Assembly (NCBI GenBank): GCA_965112735.1
Contig: OZ218964.1
Location: 496,001-560,000 of the forward strand
Source: Phaeosaccion multiseriatum
Lineage: Eukaryota; Protista; Ochrophyta, other classes
Reading direction: 5' to 3'
DNA length: 64,000 nucleotides
Part shown: positions 15,018-29,200 of the stretch, piece by piece
Layout of the letters: each line of letters opens with the position of its first letter
Numbering within the stretch: position 1 is the stretch's first letter
Made by a program: the position numbers and the translations under genes
Notes under the pieces: generated by a model
The model's input: only the letters and a program-made list of their open reading frames with translations
What the model was told of the DNA's origin: nothing
The model's database searches: none

Positions 15018-16717
15018 GTGCTCTGCAGGCGCTGGAGTGCATTGCTGAGATCCTTAATCACCTTGACGCACCTCCGCGCCTGCGACAAGCGATTCACCTT
15101 GAGCAGCACGACGCCCAGCACAGACAGCGTCCGAGCAGAGAGTGGCCCCGCACAGGCAGGGTTCATGTAGGAGAGCACCTAAGGGATGGCAGTGTGTGGC
15201 AGGGCAGCGTATAGCAGGACAGCGTATAGCAGGACGGGGGGGCAGGAGTGATGACCCCTCGTGTTTGGAGTTGAGTAGCACCAAATGTCCCCTCGGGCCT
15301 GTTCCCTCCAGAGAGAGAGAGAGCTCTGGAGTGCAAAGGCGTCAATACCGGACCCCAAGCACTGAGCCCAAAGCACTTAAGCCCCACACTAACGCACGCA
15401 CCTGCTCACCCTCCGAGCACAGCAGCAGCTCCACGAGGGTTTCCAGCGTGGGGTTGAACTCTACATGCCCGACTTGCCGCAGCGCGAAGACTACGGCGTC
15501 TCTGTCGCCATCCACTGCCATCCCGCCCCCCGCCCCGGCCACACAGAGGCAGTGACTGAGGCCCTGAAGGCACCACGCCTCGTCTGCGGCGGCGACGGCC
15601 TCCACGTGCTGCTGCAACACGTCGAGGCGGTGACCCGCGTCCTTGCTTGAGGCAGGGCTGCTCACGTATCTGGCCACCTGAAGAAGGCAAGAGAGGGCAA
15701 GGGATGGGGGTGAGCGATGCCCAAGCAGCCCAAGCAGAGCAGACCAGGGCTCGACAGGCGCCTCCAAGGAGAAGCAAGAAAGATGGCACCGGACGGACGG
15801 ACGGACCTCCATCCCTCCCTCCCTCCCTCACCTCCGCTTCGGAGAAGCCGATAAGCTGGGGGATGCTCTCGTCTCGGCAGTGATTGGCATACCACGCCAC
15901 GTCCTCCTGAGAGGGCCGCCAGGGCAAGGTTGGAGAGAGAGAGGGGGGAGGGAAGGGAGGGAAGGGAGGGAAGGGAGGGAAGGGAGGGAGGAAGAGGCCG
16001 TGTGAGCTAGCTCCCGTCTTGTCTTGGCTCACGCACGCAAGGGGGAGTGGAGGGACGCGCCCCCCACAGCCACACACGTCGCCCTCCCTCTGGCGACACT
16101 CAGGGGCACAGTCGGCCTTCCTCCTTCTCCCTCTCCCTCTCCCTCTCTGTCCGGCTGTACCTGCAGGCGTGCGTGTATGTTCTTTGCCACATGACTCTTG
16201 GCCACGTTGTGCTTGTCCACCTCAAAGGGCAGCGCCCCCGACACCGCAGCCAGGCCCAGCCCAGCGCGCGTCTTGAGCTCCACATACGACCCGATACCCA
16301 CGGGAGCGAGCGGCGCACCGGCCAAAGCCATCACATCTGCCTCTGTGAGGGCAAGCTCCTCACCACTAACCGCATGCCTCTCACGGAAGGGTTGTAAAGG
16401 GCGGGCGGAGCAGGACAGATCCGGTACTCGGAAGGAGAACCACGAGCGGTCTTGTTGCAGCAGTCGGGGCAGACAGGGCGTGAGGCAGTGAGTAGGGGCG
16501 TGGAACTCCGAGTGGCTCCTCGGCCAGGAGAGGGCGCTGCGGCGAGAGATTAGGAACTTGTGGGCGTCGCGCACTTGCTTCTCCTTCGCAAGCTTGGGGT
16601 TCCATTTGGGGGCCTCGTGGGCCACCTGATTGTTCGTTGGGTAGGGAGGGAGCAAGTGGGTAAGGGCGGGCAGGGGCGCACGAAGGGGAGCTGAACTGAG
16701 CGCCGAAGGACCAAAGA

Positions 16718-16748
<31 letters not shown>

Positions 16749-19700
16749 CTGTTCACTGGCCAATGTTCACTGTCCATCCACGGGGCGGCACCACCAACCC
16801 TCCTTCACTGACTCACGACCACCCCACCCCACCTGTGGGTTGCATGCCAGTGTCCGTAGGATTGACATGAGGAGGTCCCTCTTCATCGCCACCGCCCAGG
16901 GCAGCATGCGCACGAGACAGGCTCCCCAGTTGGCGCTCGCGTCGTCGCCAAGCACCTTGAGGTTGATGGAGGTGGTGAGCAGCGCGTAGAGGAAGTGGAA
17001 GCCGAGGTTGTGCTTTCCGTCGCCCATCTCTAGCCCGTCGTCCAGCCACATCATCACCTGCGCCGCACAGCACAGCACAGCACCAGTGGCAGTGGCAGTG
17101 GCAGTGGCAGTGGCAGTGGCAGTGGCACACGGTACACACAGGGCAAAAGGCGAAAGGAAGGAAGGAAGGGTGAGTGGTCCAATCACACGACTCGAATTCC
17201 CTCCATTTGCATTCTCTCCCCTCTCTCTCTCTCCTGTCTCTCATCGGTCCGCTCTCCTCCATCCCAACTCCTCTGTCACTCACCTGACGGAGGGCCGTGG
17301 CGCCCGTGCCCTCCGGCGGCGGCTGATACCCCCCGGTGATGGCGTGCTTCATCTTGCCGAAGAAGCCCGGTTTGCTGAGCAGGCCCTCCTCCAAGCACGT
17401 CTGGTCCACAACGGCGTCGAAGCAAGGCGGGCGGAGCTGTGGGGGAGCCTCCACTGGAATATTCAGCTCCTTCTCCTGAGAGCCCGCCCCGAGTAGCGCC
17501 TCCACGGCGACGCGGCGGTTGCGTAGGAGGAGAAGCCCGAACCCGAGCCCTGCCTCTCCTGCTGCCCGAGGGGGGCCCGCCGCTGTATCACCAACTGCTG
17601 GAGGGCTGATGCTGGAGCTGGCGCGGTGAGTCTGCTTGATGTCGTGTCTGACCATAGCAAAGAGTTGTCGCTCCTCTTGGAGGGAGAGGCGGCAGTGTGC
17701 ACTCACGCGACTCTGGCGCTTCACATAGTGCTCCAGCTGTTCACAACGGGCGACGGCAAAGAACGCCACACACAAGGGCCCAGAGGGGCAGAGGGGCAGA
17801 GGGAGGAGAGGGAGGAGAGGGAGGAGAGGGAGGAGAGGGAGGAGAGGGACGAGGGGGAGGAGAGGCAGGAGAGGGAGGAGGGGGAGGAGAGGGAGGAGAG
17901 GGAGGAGAGGGAGGAGAGGGAGGAGAGGTCAGTGCACGCGGCGACGGATGGCAGCAGATGGGTATTGCTGTGCTGTGCTGTGGTGTACCTGCTCCACCAG
18001 ATTCCAGGGGCAAATCTCGGTCATCATCGGGCAGGAGGCCGTCAGCAGAGAGAGGCGCAGCCTGGCCAGCAGCACGCGAGGGATGAGGAGGGCGAGGGCG
18101 AGAGGGAGGGGTTAGGATCAAGGCTTGGGGTCAAGGTTAGGGTCGAGGCCAGGGCCCGCAGTAACTGATAGGGCGTACCTGTAAGGCCTTTAGCCCAAAC
18201 ACCTCTAATGCCCCAAAAGCCGCTGCACCTATACGCCTCTAATGCCGATATACCCCTCTGTGAGCCTCTATATCCCGATATACCCCATCTTCTCTTGCGA
18301 GCTCTAACACACCTGCAGGCGATGGCGTCGGGGTGGAAGTCGTGGTTGAGAGTGCCGAGCCACTTGTAAGCAGCGGCCTCCAGGGGGGACAGGGGCAAGT
18401 CCGTCACGCAGCTGGACGCCAACGTAAACACGTCCTCGTATCTAGTAGGGCAGCCAGAGAGCAAGCAGAGGGGCACACAGCAAGGATAAGACGTACACGG
18501 CTGGCGGCGGGCAAGTAGAGTGTGCCCCTCCCCCCATCCACTGCCATCCCCTCAAGCACACGCACACGCACGCACGCACGCCCTTCCTTACCTGCGGGCC
18601 ATGAAGCGCATAAGCAGGAGGTACATGGCAGCAGCAAGCGTGGAGGTGCCGAGCAGCATCTGACTAGGGTGCACGGGGTACACATGATGCCGAGGGCCTG
18701 TCTGCCCCAGCGCCTGGAGCCACGCCTTGTCCCCTCGGTCGAACACGAGGTCGGCAGAGAAGGCCATCCCCTGTACCTCGGGGCGGCACGGCATGACGCA
18801 GGGCAGCAGCACGTGCAGGGAGGCGTCGCGACGGTCCTCCATGAGCAGCGAGTTGGGCAGCCCGTGCAGCAGCTGAGAGGGCGCCGATGGCAGCACATGT
18901 GGATGGAACAGGGGCGAGGGAGAGGGTGGGGGACACACACGGGTACTTTAGTGACAGATGATGTGTTCTTTTCCTCTCCTCTCTTCTCCTCTCCGGTGAC
19001 TGGAGGGGGCGCAAAAGTAAGTCAGTAAAGGTATGACGACAGTAAGTCAAAGGTCAGTAAGTCAGTGAGGGGGCTTACCTTGTCCACGGCCGGCACCCTC
19101 CGATTGGATATGAAGAGGTTGGTGTGTTCATCGCTGTAAAGCCTGTTGCTGCCCCCCTCCTCACGCGCCGTGAAGGCCAGGCGGAGGCGGGGGAGCTCCA
19201 CAGTGTGGACCTATGTGCGCGGAGCGAGAGAAGGGGGGAGGGACGGCGGGAGCTTAGCGAGGCTTGGGACCGACCGCTCGGGCTTTTGATGAGATCCAAG
19301 GCCAAAGCGCGTGAGACGCCCTCGCCCAACCGATGCCCTCCCCATACGCCTCTAATTTCCTCCTCCCCACACGCTTCTAATCAGTCCATCAATACATGCC
19401 CCTCGCGCACCTGCCCACCCTCGTGGAGGCTGTTGGGCCCAATTTCGTCTTTGGTCCACACGAGAATGTGACTTGCATCCTCCACGCGCAGCAACACGTC
19501 GGCCAGCGCCTTGAGCGGGCTGCCCTTGGGAGTGTAGAGCAGGTTCAGCAGTGTGAGGCGGGACTTTACCACTCGGCTCGAGCGCGCTCCGGAGGCCTCG
19601 GCGTCTTGCACTCGCCCTGCCGTATCACCACCTGCTGGTGTTGCTGCTGCTGCTGCTGCTGCTGACTGCTGCTGCTGCTGCTGCTGCAGAAGCCCGGGCA

Positions 19701-20222
19701 GGGCGCCGTTGAGAAGGCGGAGGGACGCAGACTTCTCGGCTCTTGTGCCGCCTCCTTCTGCGGCTGTTGGCGCTCCTGTGGCTGTATCACTAACTGTCTC
19801 CCCGTCGGCGTCGTCGCCATCTGCATACACCACCCTCTGAATGAGCCCCACCGCCTGTCCTGACTTCCAATCGCACGCGTCTCGGCATAGCGTCACGCGA
19901 AGGAGCGCCACTCCTGCAGAGGGAGGGAGGAGGGAGGGGAGTCAGCAGAGGGAGGGAGGAGGGAGGGGAGTCAGCGGCACACATGCACATGCATGCACCC
20001 CCCCGTCCATACACAAACACGCACCTGCCACGTCGTTGGTGGCCATGGCCTGGCTGAGCGCCTCTTGCGCCGCCGCGTCGAGTCCTTCGCCATCTGTGTC
20101 TCCGTCTGCGCTGCCCGGGGGGGGGGCGCGCTTGCTCTTGTTGTTGAACTTGGGGATACCTGGGCGGATGGCAGCGGATGGTAGGGTTGGCATGGGGGCT
20201 CAGATATCAGAGCCCAAGTCAA

Positions 20223-20277
<55 letters not shown>

Positions 20278-23200
20278 TCCTTGCTCGATCTGCTACACAG
20301 TGCAAGGGTAGGCACTTGGATCACACACGACCAACCAACCAACCATCCCTACTTGGATCACACACAACCAACCAACCAACCATCCCTACTTGGATCACAC
20401 ACCACCAACCAACCAACCAACCAACCAACCAGCCAACCATCCCTACCTGTGAGCGAGTCGTCTTCGTTCTGCCAGAAGTCGAACTGCTCCAGCAGCACCC
20501 CGGGCACTTGCCCCGTGAGGAGTCTTCTCGGCACGAACACCTGCCTGCCCACTACGCTGTACAAGCTGCGAGACACCACCAGGCTGGGCCTCGGTTTGCG
20601 TACCTGCAGCGGGTCTCCTGAAACCAGGTGGGCCCCCAGGCCCTGCTGTCCTGACACCGAGTGCTGCTGCTCTGACGAGTCGAAGTCGTTGTCCATGACC
20701 CCGGTGGGCGGCATGCCCTCGAGGCAAAGCTTGACATTGGAGGTGAAGGCGAGCGTCCGGTGCCATCTGCGGCCGTGGCTCACCACATCGTACACATGCA
20801 CTACAGGGGGATCCATCAGCACCACTACCTCCTTCAGCTGCCTCTGCACCGGCGGAAGCTCCCCGGGTTGGGGGGCGGAAGCAGGAGTAGAGGAGGGGTC
20901 CATCGAGTCGTCTGCGAGCTGCTGATCGGGCGGAGTCTCCTCGTCCGCTGCAGCAGATGGCGACGGCGGCAGAGAAGCAGCAGGTTCCGCAAGAGACGCC
21001 GACCTGCTGGCCTTACGCTTCTTCTTCTTGGAGGGCGAGGGAGGGGGCAAGGGGGAGGGAGACGACCCCACTTCTTCGCCGGGGAGGGCGGGCAGCGGAG
21101 GCTCCAAACCTACCTCCTCCCAGGAGGGTTGGTAATCCAGATAGCCGGCCAGGCGGACGTAGGGCTGGGCCTCCAGCTTCGATAGCTTCCCGGGGGGGAG
21201 GAACAGCTCGATGTCCGGGAAGTGCCTGTAGATAGAAGGATGGCAGCAGATGCATGGGGGATCCGTCAGCACAGGGCGTGTGTGGGAGGAGAAGCAAAGC
21301 TCTGAGGGACCGACCCATCCCTCCCTCCATCCATCGCCCGCCAGTTTCGACAAGCCCGCTTCACAGCCCATTCGCCTTCCCTCCCCTCCCCCTTCCCCTC
21401 CCCTCCCCTCAATCCTCCCCTCCCCTCCCCTCCCTTCCCTTCCCGTGCCCCTCACCTCTCGCGCACCGGGTCCAGCACGGCACTCAACCACCCCTCCCCC
21501 TGCGGCCTGTAGGGCTCCTTGAAGGCAGGCCCAAGGGGGGGTGTGCGGGGGTCTTGATCCCAGTACTGAACATCGTGCCTCCTGCCCACGAGCCGCAGCC
21601 AGATGCGGTGGGTGGTGTTGGTCACCTCTGCGCAACCGATGCTGCTGCTCGTGTTGGCGGTGCTGCGCGCAACGAGTCCGCCTGTCTTCTCTGCTGCTCG
21701 AGCTGAGGTGGGGCCTGCAGGGGGGAGGAAGAGAGAGAGAGAGGGAGAGAGGGCACGCATCAACTTTCCGCCCTGTCCCGAGCAGATACAATCGTGCTCG
21801 GACTCTGGCCCGGCCTGTGCCTCACTGCCTCACTGCCTCACTGCCTCACCGTCGTCGCCTGGCCTCAAGCCGAACACCTCCGCAAAGTCGGGGTGCTCCT
21901 CGATAGCTCGGGGCAGCGTCTGATGAGGGGGGTGGGGACAAATCACCGTAGCAAAGAGGGACCGAGGGGGGTCAAACCACCGAAAAGGGCAGCACTCACA
22001 TCTGCCTGCGATGGATGAGTGTGTGTGTGTGTGCCTACGTGTGTGTGTGTGCCTACGTGTGTGTGTGTGTGTGCCTACGTGTGTGTGTGTGTGTGGGTGC
22101 GTCAATAACCAACCTGCAAGCGGTGCCTCTTGAGGGTGAACTCTCCAAGCTGCACATTGATCTCCGTGTCCACGGCCTGTGTGGCCCTGCGCAGCCACGC
22201 CTCGTAGCTCAGGGAGGAGGGCCGAGAGGCGTCCTCCATCTGCCGCCGGATGGTTTCTGTGTTCGGGATGTACCGCCCTGCAGAGCCCACACTGGTCATT
22301 GAACTCCAGCTCCTGGGGGGTGGGGTGAGGGTGAGGCAGAGTGAGGGGTGGATGGGGTAGGGTGAGGGCCGTGAGAGAGAGGGGCCAGCACACAACACAA
22401 CACAAAAGCAAAAGACATGTCGGATGGTGCGCCACTCAGTCGACAACAAGACAAGTGCAAGCAGTGCAGATGGCGTACACGTACACCCACCTCTCCTTGA
22501 ATGTGGTGTCCGCTCCCGAGGGGGCGGTGCGGTCTCCCGTCTGCGTGACCACCCTCACCACCCCCTCCATAACATCGTTGGCGTGCGTACTCTCCTCCTG
22601 CAGCCAGCGGAGCACCTTGTTGCGCAGCGCCGCCAGGATGTCGAACAGCTCCGTCGCCGGGATCTGGGAAGGCAGCAGACGGGGAAGGGGGGAGGGGGGG
22701 TGAGGCGGTGTTCACAGGCACAGAGGCACGCTCGATTCCTCCTGCTCTACCTCCCTCTCCTCCCTCTCCTCCCTCTCTCCCTCTTCTCGGCCCCGTCCTC
22801 CTCCCCCCCCCCTTCTCCGCCTCGCCCTTCACTTCACTAACCTGTAGGTCCATGCTCGTCTCCGCCCCGGTGTCTTTCACTGCCGAGCGCTTCACCCCTC
22901 TGTTGAAGGTCTTGGACAAGAGTACCCCGGGGGTCTTTCCCTCGAGGAAGTGGCCCGTCTCCACATCAAGCAGATCGGAGGCCTCCATAGAGAAGCGATA
23001 GTTGGCGACGATCCATACCTGAGGACAGGGAAGGACAGGAAACGCCAGGGCAGGGGGTGTGAGGACAACTTCATCACAATGAAACATGCTGCACACGGGT
23101 CACGAGTACACCTGTACGCCTCCATATGCCTATGCGATGCCTCCTCCATATGCATATAATATGCCTCCGTATGTCCCCCACCTGTGCAGAGAGCACGACT

Positions 23201-26200
23201 CCGACGACGGTGGGGCTGAGCTCCTTGGGTGTAACGTTTTTGAAGAGGTAGAGCAGATGTGCGTGCAGGAGGCACGCCAGGGCCGTATCCATATCCTCCG
23301 CCCTCCCTGCAGCCGCCAGAGTACAACGCTTGAGCCAACGCTCCAGCATAGGGAACGCCACCTGAGAGGGGTGAGTGAGTGAGTGAGGGAAGGAGGGAGG
23401 GAGGGAGAGAATGAGTGAGTGAGTGAGTGAGTGAGTAAGTGAGTGAGTGAATGAGTGATTGAGTAAGTGAGTGGGTGGGTGAGGGAGGGAGTGAGGGAGG
23501 GAGGGAGGGAGGGAGGGAGAGAGGGAGGGAGGGAGGGAGGGAGGGAGGGAGGGAGGGAGGGAGGGAGGGAGGGAGGGGGGGGGGGGAAGGAACGGAGGGA
23601 GGGAGGAGGGGAGGGAGGGACGGAGTCGCGTCCAGTGATTCGGTCGAGTGATTCTCAAGTGTGGTGATTGGGTTGGGCCTTGACAAGTCCATGTCTTAGA
23701 GCCCCGCGGGCGACTTTCAACAACTCACCTCGTTGAGCTTCTTCCTCATGCGCGCCTGTGCCGCCCTCCCCACGTCCATCTCCTCCTGCCTCCTGTCGGA
23801 GGGCCCCACGCCCCTGGTGCGCTGTGCCATCCCCGCATAGGCCCCTCCGGCCCCGTCAATCCCGTCCTGGTGCAGATAGAGGATGAAGCCCTCCACCCTC
23901 ACTACGAGGCGCAGCACATAGAGGATGGTAGGGCTGTGGTGGGGGCTGTAGCGCCCTGAGTCCATCTCAAGAGCCGTGGAAAGCATCAGCTCCAGAGAGG
24001 ACAGCAGCATCTGGTAAGGGGTAGCACGGGTGACCGTTCGTTTGTTCGTTAGGGGTGTTGCAGTGCACATCAGGGGGACCGCGAGGCGGAAGGGCGAAGC
24101 GGAAGGGTGAAGCGTCCCTCCCCCTTACCTTGGGAGACATGAGCAGCTCGTTGAAGAGCAGGCCGCACGGCGTGGACAGGTGCTCTCTGTCGAGCGCCGG
24201 TACAGTCTTGGGCTTGACCTTCTCCAGCACGAACTGCCACGCCCCGGGCTCGAACAGGGCCGAGTCCAGCGTCTCCTGCACACGCACGCACGCACGCACG
24301 CACACACACACGAGACACACGCACACACGCACAGCACGAGGTGAGACAACGCGAGGGAAGCGGACTTCACCCCCCCCCCGTGTGCCTGCCTATCTGCCTG
24401 CCTATCCCCCTGCCCATGTACCTGCCTATGTACCTGCCTATACGCTTGCAGATATGCCTGTCGATGATATGCCTGCCTATATGCCTCCCTCCATGCCTCT
24501 GCTTCTACACACACCTGCAGAGGCTCGCTCCTCAGCGCCTGCATGCGCACGGGGTCTGCGAAGAAGTGCATGAGCAGGGGGATCCTTAAGTAGGGTACCG
24601 TGAGGTACTGTAGCAGCAGCTCGCAGTCCCTGGCCTTGAGGCGGTCGCCGAAGTCAGGGAGGTTCTGTATAAAGAGTACGTCATCCTCTGTTTCGATGTT
24701 CTTGTCTACGAGGTGTGAGGGACTTGCACCGGAAGGGGGTGCGCGTGTCTTGGAGAGGCCTGAGGAGGGAGGGGGGGAGGAAGGATGGAAGGAAGAACAC
24801 ATGGGGCATTCGGTGGTGAGGAGGGAGGGGGGGAGGAAGGATAGAAGGAAGAACACATGGCGCATTCGGTGGTGAGGAGGGAGGGGGGGGTGGGGTTGGG
24901 CGATAAGGGGGAAGGGGTCACGCAAGAGCAGCGGCAGGTGTGAGGGATGGGTGGCGTGCGTTGATTTGTTCCCCTGAAGAGAAGGGTCAGGCGAATAAAT
25001 CGGGTGGGGCACAAACCGCAGCGCTTTTATCGCCGCTCTACTCCCTGTCCACTCCTTCACCCCGTCCTCCGTGGCTCCGCGGCCTCTTACATATATGTAT
25101 ATATATATGTGTGTGTGTGTAAATACATACGATATATGTACATGATATAGCCTCCCATTCCCACGCACCTATCCGGCGAGCGAAGCGCTGGAAGAGGCTG
25201 ACCTTGCCCCCCGTCCCCCCCGGACCGTCCGGCCCGATGTGCACGAACCCCTGGCACAAGAGGGTGCGGCCGAAGCCCTTGACGACAAAGCCCTCCTCCG
25301 ACCCCTTCCACTTCCACCGGAGGGCAGCATCCTGGGGCAGCCACGGCTTTACCTGGGAGGGGGACGGAGGGATGGATTCAGATGGATGCAGACAGATCAC
25401 GACAAAGACCCCCCCCCCCCTGATCCTCCCTCTTCGGAGCTGTTCCGTCTTCCCTCCCTACCGCCCGCCTTGCCCTTCCTCTCCTTTCTCTCCCCCTCAC
25501 CCCCCCGCTCCCCTCTCCTCTCCCCCTCCTCCCCCCCTCTCACCCTCTTTCGCCCTCCTCTCCTCCTCCTTCCCCTCCTCCCACCCTCCTTGCTCCCTCC
25601 TCTCCCCTTCCTCTCCTCCTTACCTCTGGCAGCAGGTCGCTGGTGGGAGCCATCATTGCCTTTAGCAGATACACGATGTCTCTAAAGTACGCAAACTCGG
25701 GGTAGTTGTCCACCACCACCGGGTCCTCTCCGCTGTAGTACAGCCACTGAGCGGAGCGAGGAAAGCCCATGTGCAGACACAGCTGGTCCATCAGCATGCC
25801 GTCGGCCGCGCTGGGTAGGGACAAGGCCAAGGCGTCACGGTCGGCGTCAGGGTCAGGGGCAGGGTCAGGGGCAGGGTCAGGGGCAGGCATATGGGCATGG
25901 GAACATCCTAACAACAACCAGTACTGTGAGTGGTGACTGTTGGCGGCTGACTAGTGACGGGTGACTGGTCAACGCTGAATAGTGACTGCTGGCTGCTGGC
26001 TGCTGCCTGGTGACTGCTGGCTGCTGACCTGAAGTTGAGACTCTCCTCGAAAGAGAAGAGCACGTGATCGTCCCTCAGAGCCCTGCGCTGCTGCGCGAAG
26101 TAGTCCAGCACTTGGCAGCGCACGGCTTGGAAGGCGGGGTCGGGAAGTTTGCTCCACTCGCTCTCCACGGCGAACCAGCCCATCTCGAAGCCGTACGGGT

Positions 26201-29200
26201 GCACGGGGCCTTTGGCCAGGCCGCTGCAAGACAAGAAAAGACAAAGGGAAGGAAAAGAAAGGAGCACGATAGGAAGAGAGAGGAAGGAAGGAAGGAAGGA
26301 AGGAAGGAAGGAAGGAAGACAGAGTGAGCTCTACCACGCGCACGAATCCACCGCAAGCATTCTTTCTGCCCCCCAAGCAATCAATCATCAATCAGCCCTC
26401 TCCCTCTCACTCTCTTACCTGTAGTGAAGCGAGAAAGCCGAGGGCGTATCACAGGCCTTGATGCGCATCACCACGTCCGCCACAGTCGCCAGGCACGACA
26501 GAGTGAGCATACGCACGGCGTCGAAGGAGCGAGTGATTGTCAAGCTGCCAAGAGAGAGAAGCATATGGGCAGAGGGAGAGGCGTATGGGCAGAGGACGGG
26601 ATATACACGCGTGAGGAGCTTCCCTCGATTGAGACTCTGAAGGAGAAGCACTGTCGGCCACCAACACGAGGCAGCGCCACGCCAGCAGGTAGAGAGAGAG
26701 GGACAGAGAGAGAGAGAGAGAGTTCGTGACATGGACCGTGCTCATCCGCAGCCCCTCCTTCCCTTCCTTCCTTCCTTCCGTGACCCCGTCTGTCCCTCTC
26801 GCCCCTCCTGCCCCCCCCCTACCTGAGGCTACTGCTGACGAAGTGCCTGCAGAGCATGTCGAGCTGCCGCAAGATGTGCGCCTGCGTCTCCGCGCGCACC
26901 CGCAGCCCCCTGCGCTGCCAAAAGCACTTCACCGGCGCGTCGGGGTCAACCACGGGCAGCGGCATTGGGATCACCTGAGGGAAGTGTGAGTGCGTGCATG
27001 CGTGCGTACGTACGTGCGTACGTACGTGCGTACGTACGTGTGGGCGTGAGGAGAAGAATGGGGCGTCCGGCCAAGAGGTGGGGCACCAGAGAACACTTCA
27101 GAGAACAAGACGGAAGGAGCTACATCCGCCTCCGCCTCTTTTGCCTGCTCGCTGGCTGTATCACCAACTGTTTACCCACCTTGGTGAAGAGGTGCGTGAT
27201 GAGGCTGACCCTCTGCAGATAGGTGTTTCTGATGAGTGTGCGCTGGTTGGCCAACAGGGTGCACACGTGCACGCACCGATGCAGCGCTGTGGCCACATCT
27301 TCGATGGTGTCCACCTGTCATCATGTGTCACGACAGTCACGACGAAGCAAGTGAGTAAGCAAGTCAGTGAACAAGCAAGTGACAAGGAAAGAAAGGAAGG
27401 AAGTAAGAAAGCAAGCAAGCAACGATGGTGTTCACCCATTGTCAGGGGTATCTCAACGATCAGCGCCAATGGCAGGCGAGCAGAGACCACAGAGCGCACG
27501 GCCGGCCCAGTGAGGCAGCACAAGAGCGAAGCGATGAAAGCGATGAAAGCGGCCGCCGACTCTGGCACCTGCCACCTGACACCTGACACATGACACCTAA
27601 CCCTTTCTTACCTTGTCTGGCACGCTGGACATCTCCACTGGCCTGAGGATGGGCGGCACACTTGCCTCCCCCGCCAGGTGCTCCACGCCCTCCCCGTCCC
27701 TCCTCAGCCGCCCCAGCAGGGGGAAGGTCGCCGCCTCTGCCCCCTGAATCTTGCTCACGGGCACCTCTGTGTGCGGCTGCGGGGCGTTCTCCGGAGTGAG
27801 ATTGGTGAGCCCGTCGAGCAGCTCTTCGGTCTGCCTGCAGCTGTGCAGAATCAAGCCCATCTCCTCTGCGGGCAGCTCTGTCACCACCTTGCCTCTACTC
27901 CCGCGGAGGGAACACACAATACACATGCACACGTACGCAGAAAGGGAGAGAGAGGGGGGCCGCGAGTTGGAGTGATTGAGCGAGGGTGGGTGAGTGAGTG
28001 AGTGAGGTGGAGTGAGTCACAGAGAGAGAGAGGGGGGGGGGGGGACGTCGAGTGAGTTCGGGGTCATGGTATGGACATTTCCTCCTCCTCTCCCCTCCTC
28101 CCTCCTCCCTCCTCCCTCTCCCCTCCGCTCTCCTCCTTCCCCTTCCCGCACACCTCGCCGTGGCCCTGGCGAGCTCCTTGACAGCGATTCTCAGAGGCAC
28201 CACATCGAGGCCCCTCAAGCGCTGCACGCTGCCGAGGTCTCCCTGAGCCATCTTGAGCACCACCCACCGCAGCCGGATGCCTGACCGAGCAGTTGGCGAT
28301 ACAGAGCAGAGCAGTTGGTGATACACAGCAATTCGTTTCGAGGTAGGCTGGCTGTGAGATGCAGGCACCGAAGGGAAGCCGCAGTTGGAGACCGCATCCA
28401 CCGCCCCGTGAGTGTAAGGCCACACCACACCACGCCACACCACACCATGCCATGCCATACCCCCTCTCTCTCTTACCCATATACTTGGCCTGGTTCTTGG
28501 TGAGCCCTCTTAGCAGCAGCATGTGCCGAACCGCCTCCCACACGAGCTTGGCCTTGCTCGGGTTGCCGCTCCTGCACAGCCCTCGAAACTCGATGACGCC
28601 CGAGTCCTCCCCTGTGGCGGCGTTGCTGGCCAGAGGGCGGTTGTTAAGGTAAGGAAGGAGCCGCTCGTACAGATCCTTAGGTCCATTGTCCTCTCGTGGG
28701 TGCACGTAGGGGCGGAAGGCGAGCACCCAGAAAGAGGCATCCAGCAGGCGATAGCCCGGCACGCTCCGCAGCACAAGGCTAACGTTGGCCTTGACCTTGG
28801 CCTTGACGGGGTCGAGCTGCGTGGGGTGGTACTCCAGCCCCTCCCCGTCCGAGTTTACCACCGACACGCTGTACGTGTCCACGCTGCGGCCCTGCGCGTC
28901 GTCCGGGTCTCTGCGCACCACGAGCAACACCGTCTGCATGGACGGGGGGATCCAACGTCCCCCTCCCTCCTCACCACCGCCGCCGCCTCCTCCTCCTCCT
29001 CCTGCTGCTGCTGCAGCTTCTGCTGAAGCCGAAGCCCCGTCGGACGCTGCTGCTGCTGCTGCTGCTGCTGCTGCATCCTTGTCTTTGTCTTTCTTGCTGG
29101 TCCCGCCGAGGAGCGACGTCAAGCCGAGCCCACTTTTCTCTTTGGCTCCCTGCTCCTCCTCCACTCGCCCCTCTCTCACCCACCCGCACGGAGTCATGGC

